Assembly (NCBI GenBank): GCA_905479105.1
Contig: CAJQLE010000001.1
Coordinates: forward strand, 297,628 to 361,627
Direction of reading: 5' to 3'
Origin: an uncultured Flavobacteriales bacterium
Lineage (GTDB): Bacteria > Bacteroidota > Bacteroidia > Flavobacteriales_G > Salibacteraceae
Length of the DNA stretch: 64,000 nucleotides
Shown here: one piece after another, positions 1 through 9,340 of the stretch
Layout: every line of letters begins with the position of its first letter
Numbering within the stretch: position 1 is the first letter of the stretch
The notes under the pieces: generated by a model
Told to the model about the DNA's origin: nothing
The model's database searches: none
The model's input: the letters and a program-made list of their open reading frames with translations, nothing else
Made by a program: the position numbers and the translations under genes

Positions 1-817
1 CCACAGGATTAATCAACCAAAAATCATAGAAGCCATGCATGACAGAGGCTAGCACAAAACCTCCAATCAAATAAGGCCATCCTTTTAAAGCCTTTTTGTA
101 GGTAAACACCATGACCGAATAACCCACCACAGAACTGAATGTCATGTGCGCCACGGTCGACATCAAGGCACGACCATTGATCGCAAAAAAGCTTGATTTC
201 TGAATATACATCGCGTTTTCAATAAAGGCAAAGCCAAGGGCTGAAACGGATGCGTACAGGATGAAATCGTAGGGCTCTCTCACAATTTTTTTATACCTGA
301 CGATAATCAACAGAGGAAGCAGTTTAACAAACTCCTCAACCATTCCAATTCCGATCACACAGTAAAAAAAATCATTGACGGTATCGCCATTCAATCGAAA
401 ATCCAATGTGTCTTTAATGAAGTCAGAAATTGGGAAAACCAGCCAGACTGTAACGCAACCCAACACAAAAACGATGAACATGTTGAGCCAACGCTCCGGG
501 TCGAAAATATCAAGCTTACGCAGGTAAACAGCCCAAATGGTGCTGATCGACAAGGCAACTGCAATTCCGAGATAGGTGTTGAATGAGAGGCGTTGCATTT
601 CATCTTTCAACGGGGAAACTACAGGAAGAAATAGTTCAATGATGATAAATCCAGCAATCAACAACCCACCAACTGTTGCCACATACTTGTGTCTACTAAA
701 CCTCCAAAACTTCTTGTTATCCTTATTCTGTCTGTAGTCCCTGATTTTGTATCTCACGAACTGAAAAAGTAGCAACAAGCCTACGATATTGAAGATGATA
801 TTGATGGTATTCCACAC
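1..817 (-). CDS. PrsW-family intramembrane metalloprotease (gene runs off the left edge; C-terminus missing)
   Basis: Open minus-strand frame with no stop inside the window, so it is absent from the ORF track. Hand translation from GTG at 817 (in-frame TGA at 821-823 just upstream) gives a multi-TM protein. It carries GMVEEFVKLLPL, ALGFAFIENAMY, STVAHMTFS and HGFYDFW motifs typical of the PrsW protease family. The track ORF 391..603 is an out-of-frame shadow of it. Confidence 0.6.
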   Translation of the reverse strand, partial: MWNTINIIFNIVGLLLLFQFVRYKIRDYRQNKDNKKFWRFSRHKYVATVGGLLIAGFIIIELFLPVVSPLKDEMQRLSFNTYLGIAVALSISTIWAVYLRKLDIFDPERWLNMFIVFVLGCVTVWLVFPISDFIKDTLDFRLNGDTVNDFFYCVIGIGMVEEFVKLLPLLIIVRYKKIVREPYDFILYASVSALGFAFIENAMYIQKSSFFAINGRALMSTVAHMTFSSVVGYSVMVFTYKKALKGWPYLIGGFVLASVMHGFYDFWLINPV

Positions 818-893
818 GTCTCAAATCTCTAAAAAAGATCAAAGCCGAATACAGAATAATCAGTTTGCACAATGAATTTCTACATTTGACGGA

Positions 894-1886
894 ATGGATC
901 AATCATTTGGTGTAATTGGAGGAGGAAGCTGGGCAACTGCCATAGCTAAAATGCTAAGCAACAATTCCTCAAAAGTGAATTGGTGGCTCAGAAGCGAAGA
1001 GAGCGTTGAATACGTGAAGAAATTTCGTCATAACGACCGCTATTTACAATCTGTTGAGTTTGACCTCAACAAAGTTCATCCAAGTAATGATTTGAGGAAA
1101 GTAGTCGAAGAAAGTGATGTTTTGGTCATCGCTATCCCTTCTGCTTTTGTTTATGAAACCTTCAACGGGTTTAAGGTTGACGGAATAGAAAATAAAATAT
1201 TATTCAGTGCTATAAAAGGAATTGTTCCTGAATACCACTCTATTCCCGCGCGTTTCTTCCACAAAGAATTTGGGATTCCTTATGAACGTATTGGCATTAT
1301 TTCAGGTCCGTGTCATGCAGAGGAAATTGCCTTGGAGAGACTAAGCTACCTCACTCTAGCATGTCCAAATCAAGAAATAGCCCAAATGATGGCCGATGCT
1401 TTGGCATGCAGATATGTAAAGACATCAACATCCGAAGACATCTTTGGAACAGAGATCAGTGCTGTAATGAAAAACATTATGGCCATTGCATCTGGCATTT
1501 GTCACGGCCTAGGCTACGGTGATAATTTTCAAGCCGTATTGATTAGTAATGCGATTCAAGAGATTGAGGAATTTGTTGATGCAGTGAGTCCTGTGCACAG
1601 AGATGTCAATTCTTCTGCCTATTTGGGAGACTTGCTTGTAACTGCTTATTCTCAATTCAGCCGAAACCGAGCATTTGGAATGATGATTGGAAAAGGATAT
1701 AGTGTAAAAGCAGCTCAACTCGAAATGAGCATGGTAGCAGAAGGTTATTACGCTGTGAAATCGATTGTGGAAATGAATAAAAAGTTTGAAGTAAAACTCC
1801 CGATTACACGAGCTGTTTACAACATTTTGTACGAGAAAATAAGCCCGGTAATTGAAATGAACTTATTGAAAGATAAATTCGTTTAA
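894..1886 (+). CDS. gpsA: NAD(P)H-dependent glycerol-3-phosphate dehydrogenase
   Basis: 330 aa with an N-terminal GGGSWATAIA Rossmann motif and the usual GpsA length and layout. A TACATTTG box lies at 881-888 just upstream. Confidence 0.9.
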   Translation: MDQSFGVIGGGSWATAIAKMLSNNSSKVNWWLRSEESVEYVKKFRHNDRYLQSVEFDLNKVHPSNDLRKVVEESDVLVIAIPSAFVYETFNGFKVDGIENKILFSAIKGIVPEYHSIPARFFHKEFGIPYERIGIISGPCHAEEIALERLSYLTLACPNQEIAQMMADALACRYVKTSTSEDIFGTEISAVMKNIMAIASGICHGLGYGDNFQAVLISNAIQEIEEFVDAVSPVHRDVNSSAYLGDLLVTAYSQFSRNRAFGMMIGKGYSVKAAQLEMSMVAEGYYAVKSIVEMNKKFEVKLPITRAVYNILYEKISPVIEMNLLKDKFV

Positions 1887-4336
1887 ACAGTCTGTTCAGG
1901 AATAAATATTTTGAAGGTAGTTCCCTCGCCTTCTTTCGAAATAAAATCAATTTCTCCATTAAGATTCTTCACTGATTCTTTTAAGATATACAGGCCTAAT
2001 CCTGAGCCAGGAATTGTGCTGGTTCCACGGAAAAATATATCCCAAATTTTATCCTTGTAATCTTCCTTTATTCCGATGCCATTGTCTTCAATGATCAGTG
2101 TCACACCCTTCTCCTTCCATTCAGCCCTAATAGATATAAAGCTGTTGTCCTTGGCAGAATCGGCATACTTGATAGCGTTCGAAAGCAGATTATTGACTAT
2201 TATTTTGATGCGCAATTTATCAGACTGAATGCACGTTTGTTCTTCTATTTCGATAAAGTAATCGATCTTATTGTAATTGGTCTGATAAACCAAATCTGCC
2301 ATACAATCGTCTACAATTTTTCTTAAACAAACGTCTTCAGACTGCACAGCCATCCTTTTATTGCGAGAATAGTCAATTACATCTCTTATGTATAAGTCTA
2401 GTCTATCTAATGCCTCGCGTTGCATGGCTAATACTGTATCCAATTCTTCGCGATCTGCAGTATCTTCAGCAAGAGAGTTTAATCCAAGAACAGATGCTAT
2501 GGGAGCCCTCAAATCATGAGATATACTATAAACAAATCGATCGAGCTCCTTATTCAATTGATTCAATTCCTCATTTCTATCCTCCAATCTGAACTGAGCT
2601 CTTTTTATGTCATTGATATCAAACGAATAACCGATTAAAAACTTCTTTGGTTTCTGATCCTGTATCAATGTGATTGGAACCAAGTTTCTAATGTGATAGG
2701 TGTCTCTCCCGTCACCCGTTTTCATATTCTCCTCCCACCTAATCGTTAAATCTCCTTGCATGGCTTTGGCAACCATCTCGTCTCGAACTTGAGTAAAATC
2801 CTCCTTTAATTTTCTATAATCAGAATAGTCCTTATTTGTTTTGCCAATCATCCATTCTCTCAGCTCCGCATCCTTAATTGCATTTCTGCTGATGTAGTGA
2901 TATTTTAAATTCTCATCAATTAAAATTGATTCTACAGGAATATTGTCCAATATGTTTTGATAGAATTCTTGTGTTGAAATTAACTCTAGTTCTTGATTCT
3001 TAAGCTCCGTTCTGTCTTGAACCGTTCCAAACCACCTTTCGTCATCACCTTCCCCTTCTATGCCGCATATGTAGTAAAGAAACTTCTTCGCCCCTCCTGG
3101 AATAGTATACCAAGAGCCAAATTCAAAAGCATCATTCATTTGCTTCGATCGCTTTATACCCTGTTCTATTTCAATGTGCGAAATATCTTCAAACCCTTGA
3201 AGCCAAATATTAAAGGAGTCTTGATAGTCAGTAGCTAAGAACCCATGAATATGGGCGCATTCTCCTGACCATTCAACCCTTTTATCTGACGGGAAAACAC
3301 GCCAATTACCAAGTTTCGCCAATTGCTGGGCATTTCTCAATTGTTGTTCGTTCTCTTGAAGCTGCTCATTTTGCTCTTGTTGAATGGTAACATCGGTAAT
3401 AGTTCCCACCAAAAAATCTCCTCCTTTTTCACTAATCAATGAAACGCTTAACCTCCCCCAAAAACTCGAGCCATCCTCTCTTCGATAGCTCATTAGAACA
3501 TTACTCACTTTGCCCTGACGCGATACCCTGGCTAAAAGTAAATCTCGCTCTACTTTTGAGTTATATAAGTTGATTGGCTGGGTGCTCAGCATTGTTTCTT
3601 TAGACTCATATCCAAACATCCTTGCGAATGCTTCATTCACATAAACGAAACCATGAAGAACAGACGATTTAAAAATCGCCTCTTCCATATTATCACTGAT
3701 GGTTTGCAGAATATTCGCATCCCTGGCTGACTCCATTAATGTCTCTTCAGTCTTGGCATTTCTTTTACTGGAACTCTCATATAAAACAACACCCATCATT
3801 ATTGTGAGGCCTGTAGAAAGGCTGTAAGATGCAACCCTCAAACTAGTGACTTCTTCATTAGATAGCTGAGTAAGTTCTATATCAAAAAGGAATAGGATTA
3901 AAGTTCCAATTACGGTGAAGAACATATAAGAGGAAAAAACCAAGAGGTTGTTTGAAGGTCTTCTTTTAAATAGAAACAAAAACGCCAAAAAACAAATGAG
4001 CGCCATGTATTGAAAATTCGCTTCTAGTCCAAAATAGCCAGAAAGACAGAGAATCAAAATGGCAGGGTCGATTATAAAAATGTTCTTCGCAAGTGCATAC
4101 TCTTTCCTTGAATTAAGGACGAGAACAGCTAAGACAGCAATTAAGTGAACGGAAATTAAAGAGAAGATAAACATCCAATGAGCTGGCATGAAATACATAG
4201 TCGTAATTCCTGCAACCCAAACCAATAAAGCTCCTTGAATCTTGATTGAGTTAATGGCACGTATCTCATCGATCAACTCAATTGATGTATCAGGGAAAAT
4301 CCCCGCGTTAACTAATTTGTGCAAAACGTCTTTCAC
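1883..4336 (-). CDS. Membrane-bound PAS-domain sensor histidine kinase (no receiver domain, no adjacent response regulator)
   Basis: 817 aa. The first ~190 aa are strongly hydrophobic (multi-TM), followed by several PAS-like segments and a coiled-coil. It has an H-box (FVYSISHDLRAPI) and HATPase N/G boxes (NLLSNAIKY, DNGIGI, GSGLGLYI). The GTG start overlaps the uvrC stop (GTGA). Confidence 0.85.
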   Translation of the reverse strand: MKDVLHKLVNAGIFPDTSIELIDEIRAINSIKIQGALLVWVAGITTMYFMPAHWMFIFSLISVHLIAVLAVLVLNSRKEYALAKNIFIIDPAILILCLSGYFGLEANFQYMALICFLAFLFLFKRRPSNNLLVFSSYMFFTVIGTLILFLFDIELTQLSNEEVTSLRVASYSLSTGLTIMMGVVLYESSSKRNAKTEETLMESARDANILQTISDNMEEAIFKSSVLHGFVYVNEAFARMFGYESKETMLSTQPINLYNSKVERDLLLARVSRQGKVSNVLMSYRREDGSSFWGRLSVSLISEKGGDFLVGTITDVTIQQEQNEQLQENEQQLRNAQQLAKLGNWRVFPSDKRVEWSGECAHIHGFLATDYQDSFNIWLQGFEDISHIEIEQGIKRSKQMNDAFEFGSWYTIPGGAKKFLYYICGIEGEGDDERWFGTVQDRTELKNQELELISTQEFYQNILDNIPVESILIDENLKYHYISRNAIKDAELREWMIGKTNKDYSDYRKLKEDFTQVRDEMVAKAMQGDLTIRWEENMKTGDGRDTYHIRNLVPITLIQDQKPKKFLIGYSFDINDIKRAQFRLEDRNEELNQLNKELDRFVYSISHDLRAPIASVLGLNSLAEDTADREELDTVLAMQREALDRLDLYIRDVIDYSRNKRMAVQSEDVCLRKIVDDCMADLVYQTNYNKIDYFIEIEEQTCIQSDKLRIKIIVNNLLSNAIKYADSAKDNSFISIRAEWKEKGVTLIIEDNGIGIKEDYKDKIWDIFFRGTSTIPGSGLGLYILKESVKNLNGEIDFISKEGEGTTFKIFIPEQTV

Positions 4337-6144
4337 TCTTCAGCAGCGAAATATACAACTATCGCCTTGGCTTGTGACTTCGACACTACAGCAGAAAGTT
4401 GGTCTTCAGACAATTCCTTTATGCGTTCTAGACTATAAAATGTCTTCAACAGTTCTTTAGCTGTTTTTTCACCAATACCATCTATTTCAAGAAGCTCACT
4501 TTTAAATGCGTTTTTACTCCGTTTTGAGCGATGGTGCGTAATTCCAAAACGATGAGCTTCGTTACGAAGCCTCTGAATTAGCTTTAACGACTCTGAACGT
4601 TTATCAATATAAAGTGGAATAGAATCTTCAGGAAAAAATATTTCCTCCAATTTTTTCGCAATTCCAACAATCGTTATTTTGCCTCTCAAGCCGAGTTCGT
4701 CAAGACTTTTCAGCGCAGAGCTTAACTGACCTTTACCACCATCAATGATGATTAATTGGGGTAATGATTGATTCTCATCCATCAACCTTTTGTACCTGCG
4801 GTAAACCACTTCTTCCATCGATGCAAAATCATCTGGACCTTCTACCGTTTTAATATTGAAGTGCCTGTAATCTTGCTTACTCGGTTTAGCATCCCTGAAT
4901 ACAACGCAAGCCGCTACCGGAAATGAACCTTGAAAATTTGAATTATCAAAACATTCAATGTGCTTCGGTAATTCTTTCATTCTTAGGTCATCACGTAAAG
5001 TTTGAAGCACGCGGTTTGCATGTCGGTTCGGGTCTACTTTCTCCTGAGCTCGATGTCGGTCCAGTTTGAAAAACTTAAGGTTTCTAACTGAAAATTCTAC
5101 CAATGACTTCTTGTCTCCTCGTTGAGGCTGATGAAAACTTACCCCTTCCCATTCTGCAGTTATAACATGACTAGTTAGCACTTCTTTTGCGCTGCTTTGA
5201 AACAGATCTCTCATTTCTGCAATGGTGGAAAGCAAGATATCCGTATCCTGTTCATCAAGCTTTTTCCTAAACTCAACGGAATGAGACTGAATAATAGCAC
5301 CATTTACCACTCTCATGTAGTTGACATATGTAAAGACGTCATCTGAAGTTACAGAGGCCACATCAACGTCACGAATACTGGGATTTACCACCACAGATTT
5401 ACTCTGATAATCTTGCAACAACTCGATGTTGTTTTTATACATTTCTGCTGCTTCAAAATCAAGTTCTTGAGCCACTCTGTTCATTTGAACTTTGTACTCC
5501 TTAATTACATCGTCTACATCTCCTTTAATCAATCTTCTGATTTCATCAATAGAGTTGTTGTAAGTTGCTTCCGTCTGTTTTCCCTCGCATGGGCCCAAAC
5601 AATTGCCTAGGTGATATTCTAAACAAACTTTGAATTTGCCTTTTTGAATATTCTCATCAGACAAAGAAAAGTTGCATGTTCTAACCTTGTGCAGCTTTGT
5701 AGCCAATCCAATGACAGCTTTCATTCGCTTCACCGAAGCATAGGGGCCATAATACTCCGATCCGTCACGAACAACATTTCGAGTTGGAAATACTCTTGGA
5801 AACCTTTCTTTCTTAATGCATATCCAAGGATATGTTTTATCGTCTCGAAGTTGAATATTATACTTTGGTTGATGTTCTTTTATCATTGAGTTTTCGAGCA
5901 ATAAAGCCTCAAACTCATTTCCCACGATTATGTGATCTACAGAATCAATCTTCTTCACCAATAGTCTTGTCTTACCGCTGTCATATTTATCACGATTAAA
6001 ATATGATGAAACCCTTTTTCTAAGGTCCTTGGCCTTCCCCACATAAATGATGATTCCCGACTTATCCTTGAACTGATAAACTCCTGGCTTATGCGGCAAG
6101 TTTGATACCTGTTCTTTTAAATCTGGATGCATTTCATCAATCAT
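4333..6144 (-). CDS. uvrC: Excinuclease ABC subunit C
   Basis: 603 aa with an N-terminal GIY-YIG region (PGVYQFKD..IIYVGKAKDLRKRV), a central UvrC domain and a C-terminal helix-hairpin-helix (IDGIGEKTAKELL). Confidence 0.95.
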   Translation of the reverse strand: MIDEMHPDLKEQVSNLPHKPGVYQFKDKSGIIIYVGKAKDLRKRVSSYFNRDKYDSGKTRLLVKKIDSVDHIIVGNEFEALLLENSMIKEHQPKYNIQLRDDKTYPWICIKKERFPRVFPTRNVVRDGSEYYGPYASVKRMKAVIGLATKLHKVRTCNFSLSDENIQKGKFKVCLEYHLGNCLGPCEGKQTEATYNNSIDEIRRLIKGDVDDVIKEYKVQMNRVAQELDFEAAEMYKNNIELLQDYQSKSVVVNPSIRDVDVASVTSDDVFTYVNYMRVVNGAIIQSHSVEFRKKLDEQDTDILLSTIAEMRDLFQSSAKEVLTSHVITAEWEGVSFHQPQRGDKKSLVEFSVRNLKFFKLDRHRAQEKVDPNRHANRVLQTLRDDLRMKELPKHIECFDNSNFQGSFPVAACVVFRDAKPSKQDYRHFNIKTVEGPDDFASMEEVVYRRYKRLMDENQSLPQLIIIDGGKGQLSSALKSLDELGLRGKITIVGIAKKLEEIFFPEDSIPLYIDKRSESLKLIQRLRNEAHRFGITHHRSKRSKNAFKSELLEIDGIGEKTAKELLKTFYSLERIKELSEDQLSAVVSKSQAKAIVVYFAAEE

Positions 6145-6290
6145 GGCTTTTCAAAATATTTTGTGAGCTATCTATTCTGTTTAAGTTTTAAAAGCCCATA
6201 CTTAAACAAGGCAAAAAAGACCCTATGTTTGTCCGCGAATACAAACTTATTGAACACTTAAGCACAGGCGTTGTTAAATGCACCATAATA

Positions 6291-7175
6291 ATGGGAGCTT
6301 ACTCAATAAAAGAATTAGAACAGCTGTCGGGCATCAAGGCTCACACTATCCGTATATGGGAGCAACGATACAGGATCATTGAGCCCCAGAGGACAGAGAC
6401 AAACATTCGCCTTTACGATGACAATCAGCTAAAATATTTGCTGAATGTTGCTTTACTTACCCGGCACGGTTATAAAATTTCGCTTATTTCTAAGCTAGAT
6501 GATGCGGGGTTCAAGAAAGAAGTAGAAAAGATTTATGAGCAAACGCTATTGCATAACACAGACGTCATACTAGATCTAGATGCCAATGATCTTATGGTTT
6601 CGATGATCGACATGAATTCTGAGAAATTTCATCGGATTTATGAAAATTCGGTTAGAAACAATGGATTTGAAAAAACCATCACTGACCTTATATACCCTTT
6701 TCTTGAAAAAGTTGGAATTCTCTGGACCCTCAATCAAATCAATCCTACACACGAGCACTTTATTAGTTGCTTAATTAGACAAAAGATTATCTCAGGAATT
6801 GATCTACTTCCTAATCCAACAGGAGGAAAAAAATATGTTTTGTTCCTGCCAGAAGGGGAGACCCATGAAATTGGTCTACTAATGGCCAATTACATGCTAA
6901 AGAAGAAAGGGTGTTCGGTTTATTATTTGGGTCAAAACCTACCGGACCGAGATGTAGAACGTTGCATTGAAACGATAGAGCCAAATGGAATTCTAACTTT
7001 CTTTGTTGATCCAGCCGTAGTTAGCAATGCTGCAAATTCCATTGCTAAGTACAGGGGCTTTAATCAAAACGTCCAGATTCTTATTGCAGTAAGATCTTCT
7101 CCTGAACTAGAAAGTTTAGACCTTGAAAACGTGCACTTCCTTCATGGAATGAAGGATTTGGATAAGTATCTCTAA
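6291..7175 (+). CDS. carH: MerR-family HTH / cobalamin-binding light-responsive regulator (CarH/LitR type)
   Basis: MerR HTH at the N-terminus (YSIKELEQLSGIKAHTIRIWEQRY). The helical bundle carries a W-x9-EH motif (WTLNQINPTHEH). The Rossmann-like domain carries the B12 lower-ligand motif E-x-H-x-x-G (GETHEIG). The track start at 6225 adds 22 non-HTH residues, so the ATG at 6291 is preferred. Confidence 0.8.
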   Translation: MGAYSIKELEQLSGIKAHTIRIWEQRYRIIEPQRTETNIRLYDDNQLKYLLNVALLTRHGYKISLISKLDDAGFKKEVEKIYEQTLLHNTDVILDLDANDLMVSMIDMNSEKFHRIYENSVRNNGFEKTITDLIYPFLEKVGILWTLNQINPTHEHFISCLIRQKIISGIDLLPNPTGGKKYVLFLPEGETHEIGLLMANYMLKKKGCSVYYLGQNLPDRDVERCIETIEPNGILTFFVDPAVVSNAANSIAKYRGFNQNVQILIAVRSSPELESLDLENVHFLHGMKDLDKYL

Positions 7176-7289
7176 TTTCAATCTTGTTTGCTGAATGTTG
7201 AACTTCACGCTGTAAGGCTTGCTAGTACTCTTTTTTATTTTCTTCAAATATTTTTGTTTAAGGATATTACGAAATAGTTAAACGTTTCC

Positions 7290-7320
7290 TTGCGCGATTC
7301 AATGTAGCGACCTATATTTG
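7290..7320 (+). promoter_or_regulatory. Candidate Bacteroidetes-type promoter for the sigma/crt operon
   Basis: TTG (7290-7292), a 20-bp spacer, then TATATTTG (7313-7320), which matches the TAnnTTTG -7 consensus. It lies 31 bp upstream of the ATG at 7351. Motif match only. Confidence 0.3.
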
Positions 7321-7350
7321 TTCAAAGTTTAACGAAAAAACTTAAACAAA

Positions 7351-7860
7351 ATGTCAACACTAGAATTTAACCAACAATTACTTTCTTTCAGAAAGCCTCT
7401 TGAATATTTTGCCTTTAGTCTAACACACGACAGTGACGATGCTCAAGATCTTGTGCAAGACACTTACATGAAAGCTGTTGCTTATAAAGACAAGTTCAGA
7501 GACGCAACGAATTTGAAGGCATGGTTGTACACAATCATGAAGAACACTTTCATCAATAATTATAGAAGACAAGTAAAGTCTAAGACAATTATTGATCAAT
7601 CCGAAGATTTATATTATTTATCAAATGCTCCAGATTCTCGCGATAAGAATCCATCAAGTATTTACAATCATTCTGAAATAAGACGCTCAGTTAATGAACT
7701 TCAAGACGAGTATCGCATACCATTTAAGATGCATAATGAAGGTTATAAGTACAAGGAAATTGCAGATTACCTAAATTTACCGATAGGAACTGTAAAGAGC
7801 AGAATATTTCTTGCTCGCAAAAAACTTATGGATGTTCTTAGTGACTATAATCCTAATTAA
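7351..7860 (+). CDS. ECF-type RNA polymerase sigma-70 family factor (LitS-like position)
   Basis: 169 aa. Region 2 (DAQDLVQDTYMKA..WLYTIMKNTFINNYRR) and the region 4 HTH (YKEIADYLNLPIGTVKSRIFLARKKL) are both present. No anti-sigma ORF is adjacent. Confidence 0.85.
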   Translation: MSTLEFNQQLLSFRKPLEYFAFSLTHDSDDAQDLVQDTYMKAVAYKDKFRDATNLKAWLYTIMKNTFINNYRRQVKSKTIIDQSEDLYYLSNAPDSRDKNPSSIYNHSEIRRSVNELQDEYRIPFKMHNEGYKYKEIADYLNLPIGTVKSRIFLARKKLMDVLSDYNPN

Positions 7861-7866
7861 ATATTC

Positions 7867-9339
7867 TTGAAACCTACCGCCACCATAATAGGATCTGGAT
7901 TCTCATCATTATCTGCTGCAACATCGCTCGCTGATAAGGGTTTTGATGTCACTATCATCGAAAAAAACGAAAGCGCTGGAGGACGAGCCCGCAAATTTGA
8001 ACACGATGGATTCATGTTCGATATGGGCCCAAGTTGGTATTGGATGCCGGATGTTTTTGACAAGTATTTTGCTCGTTTCGGAAAGAAAACATCTGACTAC
8101 TATACGCTCAAGAGACTCGACCCTTCATATCGAGTGTTTTTCGAAGATGAGCATGTAGATATGCCTGCCTCATTTCAGGGACTAATAGATTTGTTTGAGT
8201 CAAGAGAGAAAGGTGCTGGTAAAAATTTAGAAAAGTTTTTAGCCGATGCATCCATTAAGTATGATGCTGGTGTCAACGACTTAGTAACCAAACCAAGTCT
8301 TTCAATTTTTGAATTTGCCAAATGGAAAGTGATTAAAGGCGTATTTCAATTAGACCTGTTTTCGAATTTTCATGCCTTTGCTCGAAAATATTTTAAGGAT
8401 GAGAAACTGTTAAGCATTATTGAATTTCCAGTGCTCTTTCTTGGTGCTATGCCGAAAGAAACTCCGGCTTTATACAGCCTGATGAACTACGCTGATTTGA
8501 AGCTTGGTACATGGTATCCAATGGGCGGCATGCACAAAATTATAGAGGGCATGGTAAAGCTCGCAGAAGAAAAAGGGGTGAAATTCAAATTTGATGAGGC
8601 GGCTGAACATATCAGTTCCGAGGGAAAACTTCACATCAAAACAAGTAAAGGAGAGTATACACCTGACTATATAATAGGCGGTGCAGACTACGCTCACATA
8701 GAGCAAAACCTATTAGATGAAAAAGACAGACAATATTCTGCTGAATATTGGGATAAGCGCGTAATGGCTCCTTCTTGCTTAATTTATTATGTTGGGGTCA
8801 ATCGAAGAGTTTCAAACCTCAAGCATCACAACTTGTTTTTCGATACTGATTTTGATGCGCATGCTCAAGAGATTTATAAGTCAAAGAAATGGCCTGAGAA
8901 TCCACTTTTTTATGTTTGTGCGCCTTCTGTGACTGATGATTCAGTTGCCCCCGAAAATTGCGAAAATCTATTTTTCTTAGTTCCGATTGCAACAGGCATT
9001 AATGGCGACACTGAAGAATTGAGAGAAAAATATTTTAAACTTATCTTAGAGCGACTTAAAAAGCATACTGGAGAAGACATCTCTGAAAATATTACGTACA
9101 AAAGAAGTTACTCTGTAGCTGATTTCACCTCAGATTACAATGCATTCAAAGGCAATGCATACGGATTGGCAAACACTTTAATGCAGACGGCCTTTTTAAA
9201 GCCAAGAATTAAACACAATAAAATTAAAAACCTCTACTACACAGGTCAATTGACTTCCCCAGGTCCTGGCGTTCCACCATCACTAATTAGCGGGCAAGTA
9301 GTAGCAGATTATATTTTAAAAAAGCATAATCTTAATTAA
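7867..9339 (+). CDS. crtI: Phytoene desaturase
   Basis: 490 aa with an FAD-binding fold at the N-terminus (ATIIGSGFSSLSAA..IIEKN..GGR) and a CrtI-type C-terminus (YYTGQLTSPGPGVP). TTG start: there is no in-frame ATG near the Rossmann fold. Confidence 0.9.
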   Translation: MKPTATIIGSGFSSLSAATSLADKGFDVTIIEKNESAGGRARKFEHDGFMFDMGPSWYWMPDVFDKYFARFGKKTSDYYTLKRLDPSYRVFFEDEHVDMPASFQGLIDLFESREKGAGKNLEKFLADASIKYDAGVNDLVTKPSLSIFEFAKWKVIKGVFQLDLFSNFHAFARKYFKDEKLLSIIEFPVLFLGAMPKETPALYSLMNYADLKLGTWYPMGGMHKIIEGMVKLAEEKGVKFKFDEAAEHISSEGKLHIKTSKGEYTPDYIIGGADYAHIEQNLLDEKDRQYSAEYWDKRVMAPSCLIYYVGVNRRVSNLKHHNLFFDTDFDAHAQEIYKSKKWPENPLFYVCAPSVTDDSVAPENCENLFFLVPIATGINGDTEELREKYFKLILERLKKHTGEDISENITYKRSYSVADFTSDYNAFKGNAYGLANTLMQTAFLKPRIKHNKIKNLYYTGQLTSPGPGVPPSLISGQVVADYILKKHNLN

Positions 9340-9340
9340 C

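Noticed and set aside
391-603. 70-aa ORF from the track on the minus strand
   Set aside because: It is out of frame with, and entirely inside, the longer edge-truncated PrsW-like frame (1-817), which has clear family motifs. It is a shadow ORF.
1310-1718. Track ORFs 1310-1522 (+) and 1509-1718 (-) inside gpsA
   Set aside because: These are alternative-frame or antisense ORFs within a well-conserved gene, with no motifs. The same reasoning applies to 2410-2592, 2993-3238, 4242-4460, 5413-5889, 6576-6758, 7857-8158, 8470-9101 and 9533-9718.
1883-1886. Convergent gpsA and kinase genes share their stop codons within the palindrome GTTTAAAC
   Set aside because: This is a curiosity of two overlapping TAA stops, with no hairpin or functional implication that I can support.
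1883-4336. LOV/BLUF-type photosensor in the histidine kinase
   Set aside because: I found no NCRFLQ-type flavin-Cys motif or BLUF signature in the PAS segments. The light-sensing idea is left as weak inference from context only.
6225-6290. Longer N-terminal extensions proposed by the ORF track (6225, 18943, 23056, 25918, 44257, 53548, 62177)
   Set aside because: In each case the extension precedes a natural N-terminus: an HTH, a signal peptide, the 5'-nuclease start or the Ntn Cys. The extension either uses a rarer start codon, overlaps a promoter-like box, or overlaps an upstream gene. I preferred the internal starts.
6145-7350. CarH-type operator (tandem 11-bp nAnnTnnACAn repeats) in the regulator's flanking spacers
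   Set aside because: ACA triplets at 6241, 6254 and 6264 are spaced 13 and 10 bp apart, and the flanking positions do not fit the consensus. No operator is claimed.
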